DNA of 36,533 bases, taken from the IMG/VR virus record IMGVR_UViG_3300039441_000119, positions 1 to 36,533 of that record; one strand, 5' to 3'. Positions 23,625 through 32,647 of this stretch are shown piece after piece (position 1 is the first letter of the stretch; each line of letters opens with the position of its first letter). The stretch is from a virus. Its lineage: Duplodnaviria; Caudoviricetes. The notes beneath the pieces are model-generated. The model did no database searches, was not told the origin of the DNA, and was given only the letters and a program-made list of their open reading frames with translations. The translations under genes and the position numbers were made by a program.

Positions 23625-25799
23625 TCAGTCCTTCAGTGTCGGGTCGTCGTAGGAGACCAGAGGGGTGGAGACGGAGGCACCTATAGTGCGACCGGTCGGG
23701 AGCTGATATTCGAAGCCGTTGGGGATGACAACGGAGCCCCAGGGTCCGAACAGAATAATGTCAACCGTACCTAACTCAGACAGTTTTGCGGCCGGTACGA
23801 TGCCGGTGAATCTAAGAGGTGAGATGTCCTGCTTGTCGAGCAGAAGCCTTCCGCCTATAAAGGCGTTAGAACCTACCTGTAGAGATTTTAGGACGGACGT
23901 GACCGCAATCTCGGCTCCTTGATTGGAGACCGAAGCGCTGAAGACTCCTGGACTTTCGTCCCCGGCCGACGTGAATCGGTCGGTACGGGTGAGCTCGATG
24001 TCATTGACGAAGACGGAGGCGAACTGGCCACGCCGTACGATTTGAAGGACGATGTCCTGCCCAACGGATGCCGCGGCAATGGTCCTCACCAAGAGCGTAC
24101 TCCCGCCGGCCACGACGCCGTCGATGGTCCCTAGAGTCGTCGTGAGGACCAGGTTTCTTCCGTTGACCGGAGGCAGCGTAGTCGCGCTGACCTCGACGAA
24201 CGAGCTCGAGTCGATGAGATATCGGAAGCTCAGACAGACCAGCCCATCAACCGTATCGCTGGTCGGCGACAGCAGTGTCGCATCAAGTCTTGCATCGAAG
24301 CTCGAGTATTGGGCTGGAGAGGTGACCGTTACTGAGGAGCCAGACACGTGGCCTGAGGATAGGACCAGGCCGTTCAGCGTCGGTGAGGTCCGACCAGTGC
24401 CGAGAGACGTATTGGTCCATCCCGACGGAAGCGACTGTGACGAGAAGTCGATGTCATCACCGGGCAGGCTGAACTTGACGTTCGAGTACGCAACGACGGT
24501 GCGCCCTCCACGAATCGTGTCGAACGGAGGAAACAGTCCCACGAGGGGAGGCATTGGAGGCTGCTCGACTAGAGGAGCAAGAACTCCTACTCCGCTACCG
24601 TGAATGATTGGCGGAAGGATAGTCTGAGATGGCGACGCCTGAACCAGGTCGAACGAGAACGCTTGTGGTCCGCTCGAGTGCGTGCACGGGGCGAGAAGAG
24701 CATCGTTCGCACTCACGGTGACGATGACGTGATTCTCCGGCGAGGTGTTCGACGGGAATCCTCCGGTCTTCGAGAATGCGACCGTGTAGTGCCTGAAACC
24801 TGCCGCACCGGAGCTGCTCGGTGTGACCGTCCCAGTCCACCCAGCGGTGAACGCTCCGGAGGAGTAGATTGCGGTCGGCGCACCAGAGCCTATCTTCACC
24901 GTAACGACAATGCTGTTCGGGTCAATTCCAACCGCATCCGTCTCGTCGTTCGTTAGCAGAAGAGACACGGTCGAATTGAGCGGAACGTTCGTGCTCCCGT
25001 TGACCGGGCTCGTCGCGCTCAGGGCCGGAGAGAAACCCCCGATTCCGATATGCCAGACGTAGCTGCCCTGGTGCGGTCCGGCCGAGCCGGCATTGTAGTC
25101 CTTGAAGAGTATGTTGAACGTGTAGTTACCTATGGACGGATTCGGAGAGCGTAGCCAGCGAGTGTGAACCGTTCTGTGTGTTGGAGTCCCCGGAGTGGTA
25201 TTAGCAGAAGGAGAGGTCGTCCCGCCGTATGGGGCCTGAACAACTCCGTTGACGAACACGTTCTCCGGTGGAGCGCTGTTGTAAGTGGCCGTGATGTTAA
25301 TAGACGTGACGTCGATACCCGAGCCCAAATCGTCGAGCTCAATTCCTTGTGCCGGGAGTGGATAGGTTGACGTGCACGTCCCGGAGGACACGGCCCACGG
25401 TGCAAATATCGGGTCGACATATGCCGGATTCAGTGTCGGAGTATCGATGTCAACGTAGGTGTAGAACGTAATGGTCGTAGCCGACCCGACCATTCGAATC
25501 TGGTTGTAGTAATCAATCGAGCTCGGGTTGAACGTCACCACTATGTTCGCGGTGGTCGCGCCAGCTACCGGCACGACATAGTACGGACCACTTACGGTGC
25601 ACGGTCCGGAGGTAGAGGTCGCAAAGAAGTCTACGCCCGCCTGCGGATGAGTCGAACCGCCCACGGTGAACTTGGTCAGCTGCAGCAGAAAGTTTCCGGC
25701 GAAGCTGCTCGTATTCGTAGCGTCGAACGTCACCGTCTGCGCTAGAGGCACATCGTACGAGTTCGTCGCGGGATTCTCGCTGCTGAACGTTATTGCCAT
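23625..25799 (-). CDS. Ig-like domain-rich virion protein with C-terminal IPT/TIG plus lectin-like domains
   Basis: ATG at 25799 (MAITFSSENP); SENPATNSYDVPLAQTV and TSPVNGSTNVPLNSTV resemble SbsA/Big_5 Ig starts; C-terminal third parallels 18002..20044. Confidence 0.7.
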   Translation of the reverse strand: MAITFSSENPATNSYDVPLAQTVTFDATNTSSFAGNFLLQLTKFTVGGSTHPQAGVDFFATSTSGPCTVSGPYYVVPVAGATTANIVVTFNPSSIDYYNQIRMVGSATTITFYTYVDIDTPTLNPAYVDPIFAPWAVSSGTCTSTYPLPAQGIELDDLGSGIDVTSINITATYNSAPPENVFVNGVVQAPYGGTTSPSANTTPGTPTHRTVHTRWLRSPNPSIGNYTFNILFKDYNAGSAGPHQGSYVWHIGIGGFSPALSATSPVNGSTNVPLNSTVSLLLTNDETDAVGIDPNSIVVTVKIGSGAPTAIYSSGAFTAGWTGTVTPSSSGAAGFRHYTVAFSKTGGFPSNTSPENHVIVTVSANDALLAPCTHSSGPQAFSFDLVQASPSQTILPPIIHGSGVGVLAPLVEQPPMPPLVGLFPPFDTIRGGRTVVAYSNVKFSLPGDDIDFSSQSLPSGWTNTSLGTGRTSPTLNGLVLSSGHVSGSSVTVTSPAQYSSFDARLDATLLSPTSDTVDGLVCLSFRYLIDSSSFVEVSATTLPPVNGRNLVLTTTLGTIDGVVAGGSTLLVRTIAAASVGQDIVLQIVRRGQFASVFVNDIELTRTDRFTSAGDESPGVFSASVSNQGAEIAVTSVLKSLQVGSNAFIGGRLLLDKQDISPLRFTGIVPAAKLSELGTVDIILFGPWGSVVIPNGFEYQLPTGRTIGASVSTPLVSYDDPTLKD

Positions 25800-25822
25800 G
25801 GTCGATGTTGCTGTCCGTACTA

Positions 25823-26254
25823 CTAGAAGTCGATGATGCCGGTCGAGTCCCAAACGATGGGAACATCACTGCCGTCGGTCAGCAGTGGTAGTCGTACGGC
25901 GGTGTCGATGAATGCTACGAGTGGGCTGGTCGAGTCAGAGCCGGTCCACTTGAAGAGAATGAGCGCGCCGATGTTGAGACCCGGAGTGACCAGAGTGAAC
26001 GTTATATCGTCAGCGTCGAGTACGGCCGGAACCGTCGTCGTCTTACCGGTCAGCGACAACGGAGTCAGCAGTCGTGCTGGAGCTGTGACCGACGAGTAGA
26101 ACTCGTGGGACGGACTGAACGTGTAGACGGAGGTGTCTACCGGCACTACTTTAATCGTGTCATCGCTCCAAACGATGGAGTCGGGACTGGTCAGTCCCAG
26201 TGTCCCAGGTCGAACGATTTTGAACTTCGCGAGAGGGTAGACTACGTCGGCCAT
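25823..26254 (-). CDS. putative virion fibre subunit, family A paralog 1
   Basis: DDTIKVVPVD ... ARLL ... LDADDITF ... TGSDSTSPLVAFIDTAVRLPLLTDGSDVPIVWD aligns with 22845..23618 minus its insert. Confidence 0.75.
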   Translation of the reverse strand: MADVVYPLAKFKIVRPGTLGLTSPDSIVWSDDTIKVVPVDTSVYTFSPSHEFYSSVTAPARLLTPLSLTGKTTTVPAVLDADDITFTLVTPGLNIGALILFKWTGSDSTSPLVAFIDTAVRLPLLTDGSDVPIVWDSTGIIDF

Positions 26255-26284
26255 AGTGGTTGTCTGCTGTAGCGATTTAGGTGT

Positions 26285-27739
26285 CTAGAACGGAACGACC
26301 GAGAGATTCGACGAGTCGAGCACGGCCTTCTCGTTTCCGGCGATTTGCACGTCAGCCGACTCGGTCGCCGTTGGATTCCGAGTAAGTCTGGTGATGATGA
26401 AGTTGTCGACTCCGGCGATGGCGCCGATGGTCGTCTCAATCTGAAACGCTTCTACGGTCTGACCGAGCTTGAGGCCCGTGATGAAGTTGATGATGGCCGC
26501 GACTACCGCGCTCTGAATATCGGTGAACACGAATCCAGTTAAGACTTTCAGTCGGCCTGAGAGGAAGATTTGCACGCTAGTGCCGAGACGATAGAGAAGG
26601 TCGCGTCCTTCGACGTTGACCTCGGCGTCCTCATTGTCCTGCTGAAGGTCTCGTACGAGCTGATTCTCGGCATACGCGATGCTGATGACGTCTCCGATTG
26701 CGAGCGCCGAGTCTGGGGACGTGTTGACTGTAGGTAGGAATCGAATGGCGTCAACGGCTCGGACCGACCCACCGACCCCGGTGGTGTCGAGCTCAATCTC
26801 GTAGTCCTGTCCTTCGAGGAACACATGGTTGTCCGAGAGTCGTTTCACCGTGTCTACCCGAACGACCGGCGGCGTTGATAGAATCAGCCTCTGACCGATG
26901 CCGAGGAATGGTATTTGGTCCGTCTGGGCCTGCAGGTCGTCTCCGATGACAAATGCATCGACCGCACCGGCATCGGTCGCCGCTCGGGTCAGCAGGGGGT
27001 CCGTTCCGAAGACCTCGTGGATGTCTTGCACGGCTGGGAAGTTGTCGCGAACGTAGAACTCACTGCCGGTGGGGACGCTCAGCTGTCTCGAGCTCACTGC
27101 GAGCAGATAGAGCTCGGCGAGTTCTTCGTTCGTGTACTGGTCGCGTCCCTCCTGTGCGCTATCATTGTTCGTTACGCTCTCCCAACCGAGCATCGGCCTA
27201 AGAGGCCTGTTGACTCGGTTCGGACCGACCTTGCCGGCGGACCCTTTGATGAGGCATATGGCGGGTATGTTAAGCTGAAAGACAGTCCGATTGTTCACCG
27301 TATCGAGCACGGCCAGCGCGGACGTCTTGTCTTTCGCCTCCGTCGTAACGAACGTAACCGCCTGTCCGGTGGCCTCATCTGTCGCGGTGCCGACCGGGAA
27401 CGCTCGAGGAATCAGTCCTGATTCGCCAACGGAGAACGGGCGGGTTCGCTGGAATGTCAGAATGACGCTCGCGTTCGCGCCGGACGGCCGCAGTAGGTCC
27501 TCGTTGAAGACGAGGTCGTCCATGTCTGACTCGCTGAACTCGTTCACGTTCGTTAGCGAGACAAGCAGACTCACCGGACGCAGTCGGTTGTTGTTCATGT
27601 CCTCGAGGACCGTACCGACCGGCTGAATGACAACGTCCTTGACCGGACCGTAGGCCGTGTCCATCTTCTTGGTGCGGTCGGTGAGCGCCTTGCGTAGGTC
27701 CGCTTGGAACTGGTCGGATGTCTTTCTATCTACTGGCAT
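26285..27739 (-). CDS. baseplate J-like wedge protein (P2 gpJ / Mu gp47 / T4 gp6 family)
   Basis: GPVKDVVIQP, LLRPSGANASVILTF, ICLIKGSAGKV, SVTNNDSAQEGRDQYTNEEL, GAVDAFV, FITGLKLGQTV ... IAGVDN. Confidence 0.9.
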   Translation of the reverse strand: MPVDRKTSDQFQADLRKALTDRTKKMDTAYGPVKDVVIQPVGTVLEDMNNNRLRPVSLLVSLTNVNEFSESDMDDLVFNEDLLRPSGANASVILTFQRTRPFSVGESGLIPRAFPVGTATDEATGQAVTFVTTEAKDKTSALAVLDTVNNRTVFQLNIPAICLIKGSAGKVGPNRVNRPLRPMLGWESVTNNDSAQEGRDQYTNEELAELYLLAVSSRQLSVPTGSEFYVRDNFPAVQDIHEVFGTDPLLTRAATDAGAVDAFVIGDDLQAQTDQIPFLGIGQRLILSTPPVVRVDTVKRLSDNHVFLEGQDYEIELDTTGVGGSVRAVDAIRFLPTVNTSPDSALAIGDVISIAYAENQLVRDLQQDNEDAEVNVEGRDLLYRLGTSVQIFLSGRLKVLTGFVFTDIQSAVVAAIINFITGLKLGQTVEAFQIETTIGAIAGVDNFIITRLTRNPTATESADVQIAGNEKAVLDSSNLSVVPF

Positions 27740-27795
27740 GTCGATTCTTTCGTGCGGTTGTCGGTCGGCGTGGACATCGTCGTCGTCATGTTGCG

Positions 27796-28227
27796 CTACC
27801 GCAACAGCACGCTACTCACTGAGACCGGTTGGCTGCCCTTGAACGAGAGTACGTCCACCCGTGCGGCGATGGAGGTGTTCGTGATTGCGCCGGTGCTCGG
27901 GTCTCGTAGAGGCATCATGATGGTCTGCGCGATGCGACCGAACCTCTCCTCCGGCGGTCGGTCGAACTTCTGGAACCGATCCTGAAGCGCCTTGTACGCC
28001 GCAAACGAGGAGACAAGTCGACTCGAGAATTCGGCTCTCAGTGAGAAGATGTCACCGATTAGGCCGACCATGCTCGCTAGTCCCGCACCAGTTCCATCAG
28101 CCTGCGCTTCGGTCTGGAAGTTTTCTCGGACGTCCTGTTTGAACTTCTCCGTTCCCTCGAGAAGGAACGGCCTTCCAGTCGAACTGCTGAACGGGATGTC
28201 TCCCGACAAAACTTGAAACGTCTGCAT
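27796..28227 (-). CDS. baseplate wedge / sheath initiator (gp25 / gpW-like)
   Basis: GDIPFSSSTGRPFLLEGTEKFKQDV ... GAGLASMVG pattern; directly upstream of J-like gene. Confidence 0.75.
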   Translation of the reverse strand: MQTFQVLSGDIPFSSSTGRPFLLEGTEKFKQDVRENFQTEAQADGTGAGLASMVGLIGDIFSLRAEFSSRLVSSFAAYKALQDRFQKFDRPPEERFGRIAQTIMMPLRDPSTGAITNTSIAARVDVLSFKGSQPVSVSSVLLR

Positions 28228-28242
28228 AGTGAACGCCCTGCG

Positions 28243-28680
28243 CTAACAGACCTTGATGGTCGCGATGACCTCGGTATAGAGTTCGATGGTTGTTTGGAGG
28301 TCGAGAATAGTTGCGTCGAGCTCGGCCTTGAACGATAGGAGTCTCTCGAGGTCGTTCGCGATGATGTTCGCATCGACGAGTGCGAGGTCTAGGTTGACCT
28401 GCACGGCCTCGTTTAGCTGTCCGAGGTCGAAGCATTCACCGATGAGGTTTAGAGGAACGATGTTCGCGCCGGCCTTAACCTGATTGATGAAGCTTTGCAC
28501 TGCACTGTTCGCCAGGGCTACCGGAGCGGTTGCGATGTTCAGCGCGACGAGCTCGACCTCGAGACTCGTTATTTGTGCATTGAGCACTCCGACATAGCCC
28601 TGCAGAATGCCGACGATGGCGTTGCGAGTCGCAGCCGACAGTCCACAGAGGACGAGTTTGACGCAGTTTGCGAGGGCCAC
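28243..28680 (-). CDS. helical hypothetical baseplate-associated protein
   Basis: 145-aa ORF, GTG with GGAG; heptad-like aliphatic pattern; between spike and gp25-like genes. Confidence 0.65.
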   Translation of the reverse strand: MALANCVKLVLCGLSAATRNAIVGILQGYVGVLNAQITSLEVELVALNIATAPVALANSAVQSFINQVKAGANIVPLNLIGECFDLGQLNEAVQVNLDLALVDANIIANDLERLLSFKAELDATILDLQTTIELYTEVIATIKVC

Positions 28681-28686
28681 GGTTTG

Positions 28687-30042
28687 CTACTCCACCAGGA
28701 CCTTCTCAGAGAGAAACAGTGCCGTCTCCCCACTCATGGTCTCAATCTGAACTGTCAGCGCGGAGAGGGCACCGGTCAGTGCCTCAAGTGCCGCCGCGTC
28801 GGGACTCGGAGGAACGATCCCGGTCTTCGTGCCTACGAGCTGGGAGAATGTAGCTAGCGTAGTAGATACTGTCGCGAGCAGTTGGAGCAGCACGTCGAGC
28901 TCAGCGATGAAGAATGTTCCCAGGACCGCCTGCTCGGCCGCCGCATCGCTTCCAAGCTGGAGGCCTCCCACAGGGGTCGTCGCCTCTATGACCGTGTGTG
29001 CCGAGGTGACGGTGGCTAGGACACCGGCCCTCATGGTCGCGTTCACGCCGGCATTGACACTCGCACTCTTCGTGGAGTCGACCGTCGTATTCTGAAACGA
29101 GGTGCTCAGACTGGTGATAGGGCCGCCACTGATGTCGACTAGGGTTGATGCATCGCCGTAGGTGACCTCGTGGTTTCCAAGTGCGTCAACCTCGCTCGAG
29201 AAGACGCTCGTCGCGAAGGCCGATGTACTCGTTGCCGACCATACCTTAGACCTTCGCCGTAGTGGCACCGGCACACCGCTTAGCGTTCCAACTCTAGGAA
29301 CACCGGTATCGTCGCGAACCGCACCGTACTGCTCATCGACGAGCATAATCGCGGCGGTAGGAACCAGACTCGGATTCTGGAGATGGAGCCAGTACTCCTT
29401 CAGCGCGGTCGGGTCAGCAACGCTGACGTTGGTCTCCTTGAACGGCGCAACCGGCAGCGTGCGCTTCACGTCGCCAATCTTGAAGAACGACCCATCGCCG
29501 CCGATACGCCAGAGCGGCGACTCCCCACGAACCTCCTTGTTCTGCTTGTCGAGCCTCATCTGTGTTCGTGGGCCGGCCGAGACGAGCAGCGCTCCATCCC
29601 GATTGCCGAAGATGTACGCTCCACCAGAGGAGCGCATGTCCCACTCGCCCTGCTGGAGCGTCGTGAAGTCACCGCTCGGAACAAGGTTTGGTGTTTTGTC
29701 TCGAACACCGACGAAGTCGGAGTAGACGCCTTCCGGAACAGCAAATCCTAGAATGCGGGCCTGGTTTAGCGGACCGAATCCAACGTAGACCCAATCACCG
29801 CCGGCCGGGTCGTCTGCGTTTCTAGGCTTGCGCAGCTGAGGCATGTAACGCATCCAGGAGCTGCGCTGTCCGTTCATCGACATGCCGGGCCATGGAAGCT
29901 CCAGCGTCTCTCGCTTAGCCCCTATATTGTCGAGAATGACGACTTCGACCGTACCGTGGTCGACGTCGATGGCAGAAATCTGCCCAAGGTATACGCGATT
30001 GAAGATCTGCCACAGCTGGCTGGCCGTACTCTGCGGAGACAT
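28687..30042 (-). CDS. baseplate central spike (gpV / gp5 / gp138-like)
   Basis: N-terminal OB-fold-like GQISAIDVDHGTVEV ... RYMPQ ... GDWVYVGF, beta-strand-rich middle; likely ATG at 30042. Confidence 0.75.
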   Translation of the reverse strand: MSPQSTASQLWQIFNRVYLGQISAIDVDHGTVEVVILDNIGAKRETLELPWPGMSMNGQRSSWMRYMPQLRKPRNADDPAGGDWVYVGFGPLNQARILGFAVPEGVYSDFVGVRDKTPNLVPSGDFTTLQQGEWDMRSSGGAYIFGNRDGALLVSAGPRTQMRLDKQNKEVRGESPLWRIGGDGSFFKIGDVKRTLPVAPFKETNVSVADPTALKEYWLHLQNPSLVPTAAIMLVDEQYGAVRDDTGVPRVGTLSGVPVPLRRRSKVWSATSTSAFATSVFSSEVDALGNHEVTYGDASTLVDISGGPITSLSTSFQNTTVDSTKSASVNAGVNATMRAGVLATVTSAHTVIEATTPVGGLQLGSDAAAEQAVLGTFFIAELDVLLQLLATVSTTLATFSQLVGTKTGIVPPSPDAAALEALTGALSALTVQIETMSGETALFLSEKVLVE

Positions 30043-30049
30043 GGCGCTG

Positions 30050-32605
30050 CTACTGCCCTCCCGCCTGTCCTGGAGCCCAGGCAATTCGACGGTGTGCGTC
30101 GTCGGGAGTTATCTGGTAGTGAACATGATTTGGATTGGCATCATCCGGAATGTTGTCTCGCTCGAGGAGCACAGCTCCAGGAGCCATATCTCCGGTGTTT
30201 TGTAGGAAACGTATGGACTCTGCAACCTGCGACGGAGTCAGACCATACTGTGCTAGTTTGCTCTGCGGTATATCGACCGCCAGGCCCGACAGATGAAGCG
30301 ACCCTTGAATGCCTTTGGCTTCGGAATTGCTCTCTGGCGTACGAACGAAGCTGCCAGTTATGGCCTCTGGTGGAATGTTCTTCCCGGTCGCCTGTGACAG
30401 TGCCGATGCCAGAGTACCAAGCTGCTTGTTCATAAAGTCGACATTCGTCTGCAGCTGAGCCTGCTGTGAGGTCTGTGGTGTCGATGACGTCGTAGCTCCA
30501 GACAACGGCTTCGTGCTCGTCTCCGACTTGTTTGAGTCGAGACCGAAGAACCTCGAGTAGTCGATGACCTCGGCCATTCGCCCACCGTACGGTTCGTAGA
30601 CGTGCAGGCCCTTGAATCGACCGTCCTGTACGACCTGCCCAGACCATCCTCGTCGGTAGTTGAGCTTGAGCGTTTGGCCGACGCTGCCGCCCTTACCCCA
30701 GACGATGGCGCCACCGACGCTGCGTATGGTCGCGATGAAGTCGCGAGCCTCAAACCAGCACGGACGGTTGGGTCCGATGCCCATTCGAAGGACGGTGTGA
30801 ATGTTTTCAACCCAAGCATCGGCGTTGTGCTGACTCAGTTTCACATAGGCGAAGTATGATGAAGCGTCCTTGTTGTCGAGCACTCCCCACGGAGCAAGTT
30901 GCTCAGACCTCAGCCCGAATTGAGGAACGAGTGCTCGCAGTGCGGCCGAGCCCGGAAGCTGCCAGGCAATCTGGCTGTCCCCGGCAGAGACTAGATTCTT
31001 AACGAGGTTCCAGTTCGAGATGAACAGTGTCTTGACCTTGTCATCCTCGAAGTGCGACTCGCTGGTGATGGTATCGTCGATGGCGAATCTGTAGCGGTCG
31101 GCGTAGACGCCGTAGTCCTCAGGTCTCAGGCCGTACTGCGGAAACTCACAGACAACGTCTCCACGAGGCGTGGCGTAGAAACTAAAGTCGAGACGCTCGC
31201 AGATGGTGTAGATGATTTGGAGTCGAGTTGCGAACTCGGTGTGCGAGGCTATACTGTTAACGAAGTCCTTGAGCAGGATGTCTCGATTCGTACCAGGACC
31301 GAGTGATGATGGCTCAAGAATCATGAGCCTACCAAAGTCTACCGGGAAGATTTCCGGGTGCTCTCCTATGGCCGTGATGACGTCGTTTACATCTAGCTCG
31401 GTATCAGTAGAAGAGGAGTCTTGTCCGAGAAGAGACGCCGCCTGTGTTCGAAGGGACGGTGGTGCGAGCGTTAGGACATCCTCTAGTCGTGTCGGTACGA
31501 TGTGGTCAACCTCGCGCTGCCAATCCTCCATAGAACCGAGAGGGTCGAGAGTTTTGCTGAAGCTGAAGTCCTGGGCGACTGCCGTGTCCGACGGGCTGCC
31601 GAAGGTGAAGATTTTGGAGTCGTCAAAGTTGAACACTCCGACACCGTGTTCGCGCACGTCCTCAATGGTTGTCTTTCCGTAGACGCCGTAGTGAAACTGC
31701 TCCAGCGATTGCACCCCCAGCAGCTGCCCGGTCGCTCCGGCGAGCAGCTTCTGAGCATGCTCTCCCGAGTTCTGCGTACCGAACGTTATGATGTAGAGCA
31801 GCTCCTGCAGCGTCAGGTTCGTGAAGTTGTCCTGCCTCCACGTGCGAATAAGTGCATCGAACTGCGGCGACGATACCACCGACTGGTCGAAGATGGCCGG
31901 GTTCGTCGAGATACGTGCCAGACGAAACAGACGGATGACGTCTTCGACCGTGACAGTAACAACCCTCTTTCCGTTCGCGTCGACGGATTCCTTCCAGTCC
32001 GAGACAAAACCGGTCGCGCCGAAGAACCATGTCGTCGCGTCGAAAATGTCTCTCCAGAATAGGCGGACCTGGTCTCCTGTATGGAAGATGCACTGGCCCG
32101 ATTGAAATGGGAATCGTAGAAACTCGCCTCGGAGGTCTGCAAACTGGGATGGCGTGGTCGAACCGTTCTCGAAGCCGGCCTGTGCGGCAGCCTGCGCGTT
32201 CTTTACGGCTTCTTGAAAGCCGTCCGTGATGTTCGGCTGAAAAATATTCGTGCCCCGAATGCGCTCTGCAATCTTGCTGCGCACTACGGCCTGTTTGACC
32301 GGGTCAGCTATCGACCGACGAACGTTCTCTCGAATTGCCTCATCGACCGTCTCCGCTGTCGAGGCAGACTCAATCTGCTTCGGGTCTAGGTCTGCCGTGC
32401 TGATATCGGAGTAGACAGACGCGATGTCCTCCGTCGTCATGACGTAGCGGTCGAGCTCCGATGCAAGAACGAATTCCGCCGTTCCGGGTGACCGTCCATC
32501 ATGCCAGTTGATGTTGCACGACGACATATCGTTCGACACTTCCATGCCGTGCACGAAGCCGCGCCAGGCCGGGAACGAATGCCGTATCTGTCCAATGCTC
32601 GTCAT
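30050..32605 (-). CDS. baseplate hub protein with C-terminal peptidase M15 (D,D-peptidase fold) domain
   Basis: Hub-like GFVSDW ... VTVTVED, FSFYATPRGDVVCEFPQY, PQFGLR; C-terminal RTPESN ... SLHLSGLAVDI ... HVH Zn-peptidase motif. Confidence 0.8.
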   Translation of the reverse strand: MTSIGQIRHSFPAWRGFVHGMEVSNDMSSCNINWHDGRSPGTAEFVLASELDRYVMTTEDIASVYSDISTADLDPKQIESASTAETVDEAIRENVRRSIADPVKQAVVRSKIAERIRGTNIFQPNITDGFQEAVKNAQAAAQAGFENGSTTPSQFADLRGEFLRFPFQSGQCIFHTGDQVRLFWRDIFDATTWFFGATGFVSDWKESVDANGKRVVTVTVEDVIRLFRLARISTNPAIFDQSVVSSPQFDALIRTWRQDNFTNLTLQELLYIITFGTQNSGEHAQKLLAGATGQLLGVQSLEQFHYGVYGKTTIEDVREHGVGVFNFDDSKIFTFGSPSDTAVAQDFSFSKTLDPLGSMEDWQREVDHIVPTRLEDVLTLAPPSLRTQAASLLGQDSSSTDTELDVNDVITAIGEHPEIFPVDFGRLMILEPSSLGPGTNRDILLKDFVNSIASHTEFATRLQIIYTICERLDFSFYATPRGDVVCEFPQYGLRPEDYGVYADRYRFAIDDTITSESHFEDDKVKTLFISNWNLVKNLVSAGDSQIAWQLPGSAALRALVPQFGLRSEQLAPWGVLDNKDASSYFAYVKLSQHNADAWVENIHTVLRMGIGPNRPCWFEARDFIATIRSVGGAIVWGKGGSVGQTLKLNYRRGWSGQVVQDGRFKGLHVYEPYGGRMAEVIDYSRFFGLDSNKSETSTKPLSGATTSSTPQTSQQAQLQTNVDFMNKQLGTLASALSQATGKNIPPEAITGSFVRTPESNSEAKGIQGSLHLSGLAVDIPQSKLAQYGLTPSQVAESIRFLQNTGDMAPGAVLLERDNIPDDANPNHVHYQITPDDAHRRIAWAPGQAGGQ

Positions 32606-32647
32606 GATTGATGGTCGCGTCGATGGAGGCCAGCGTCGTCGTGGTTG

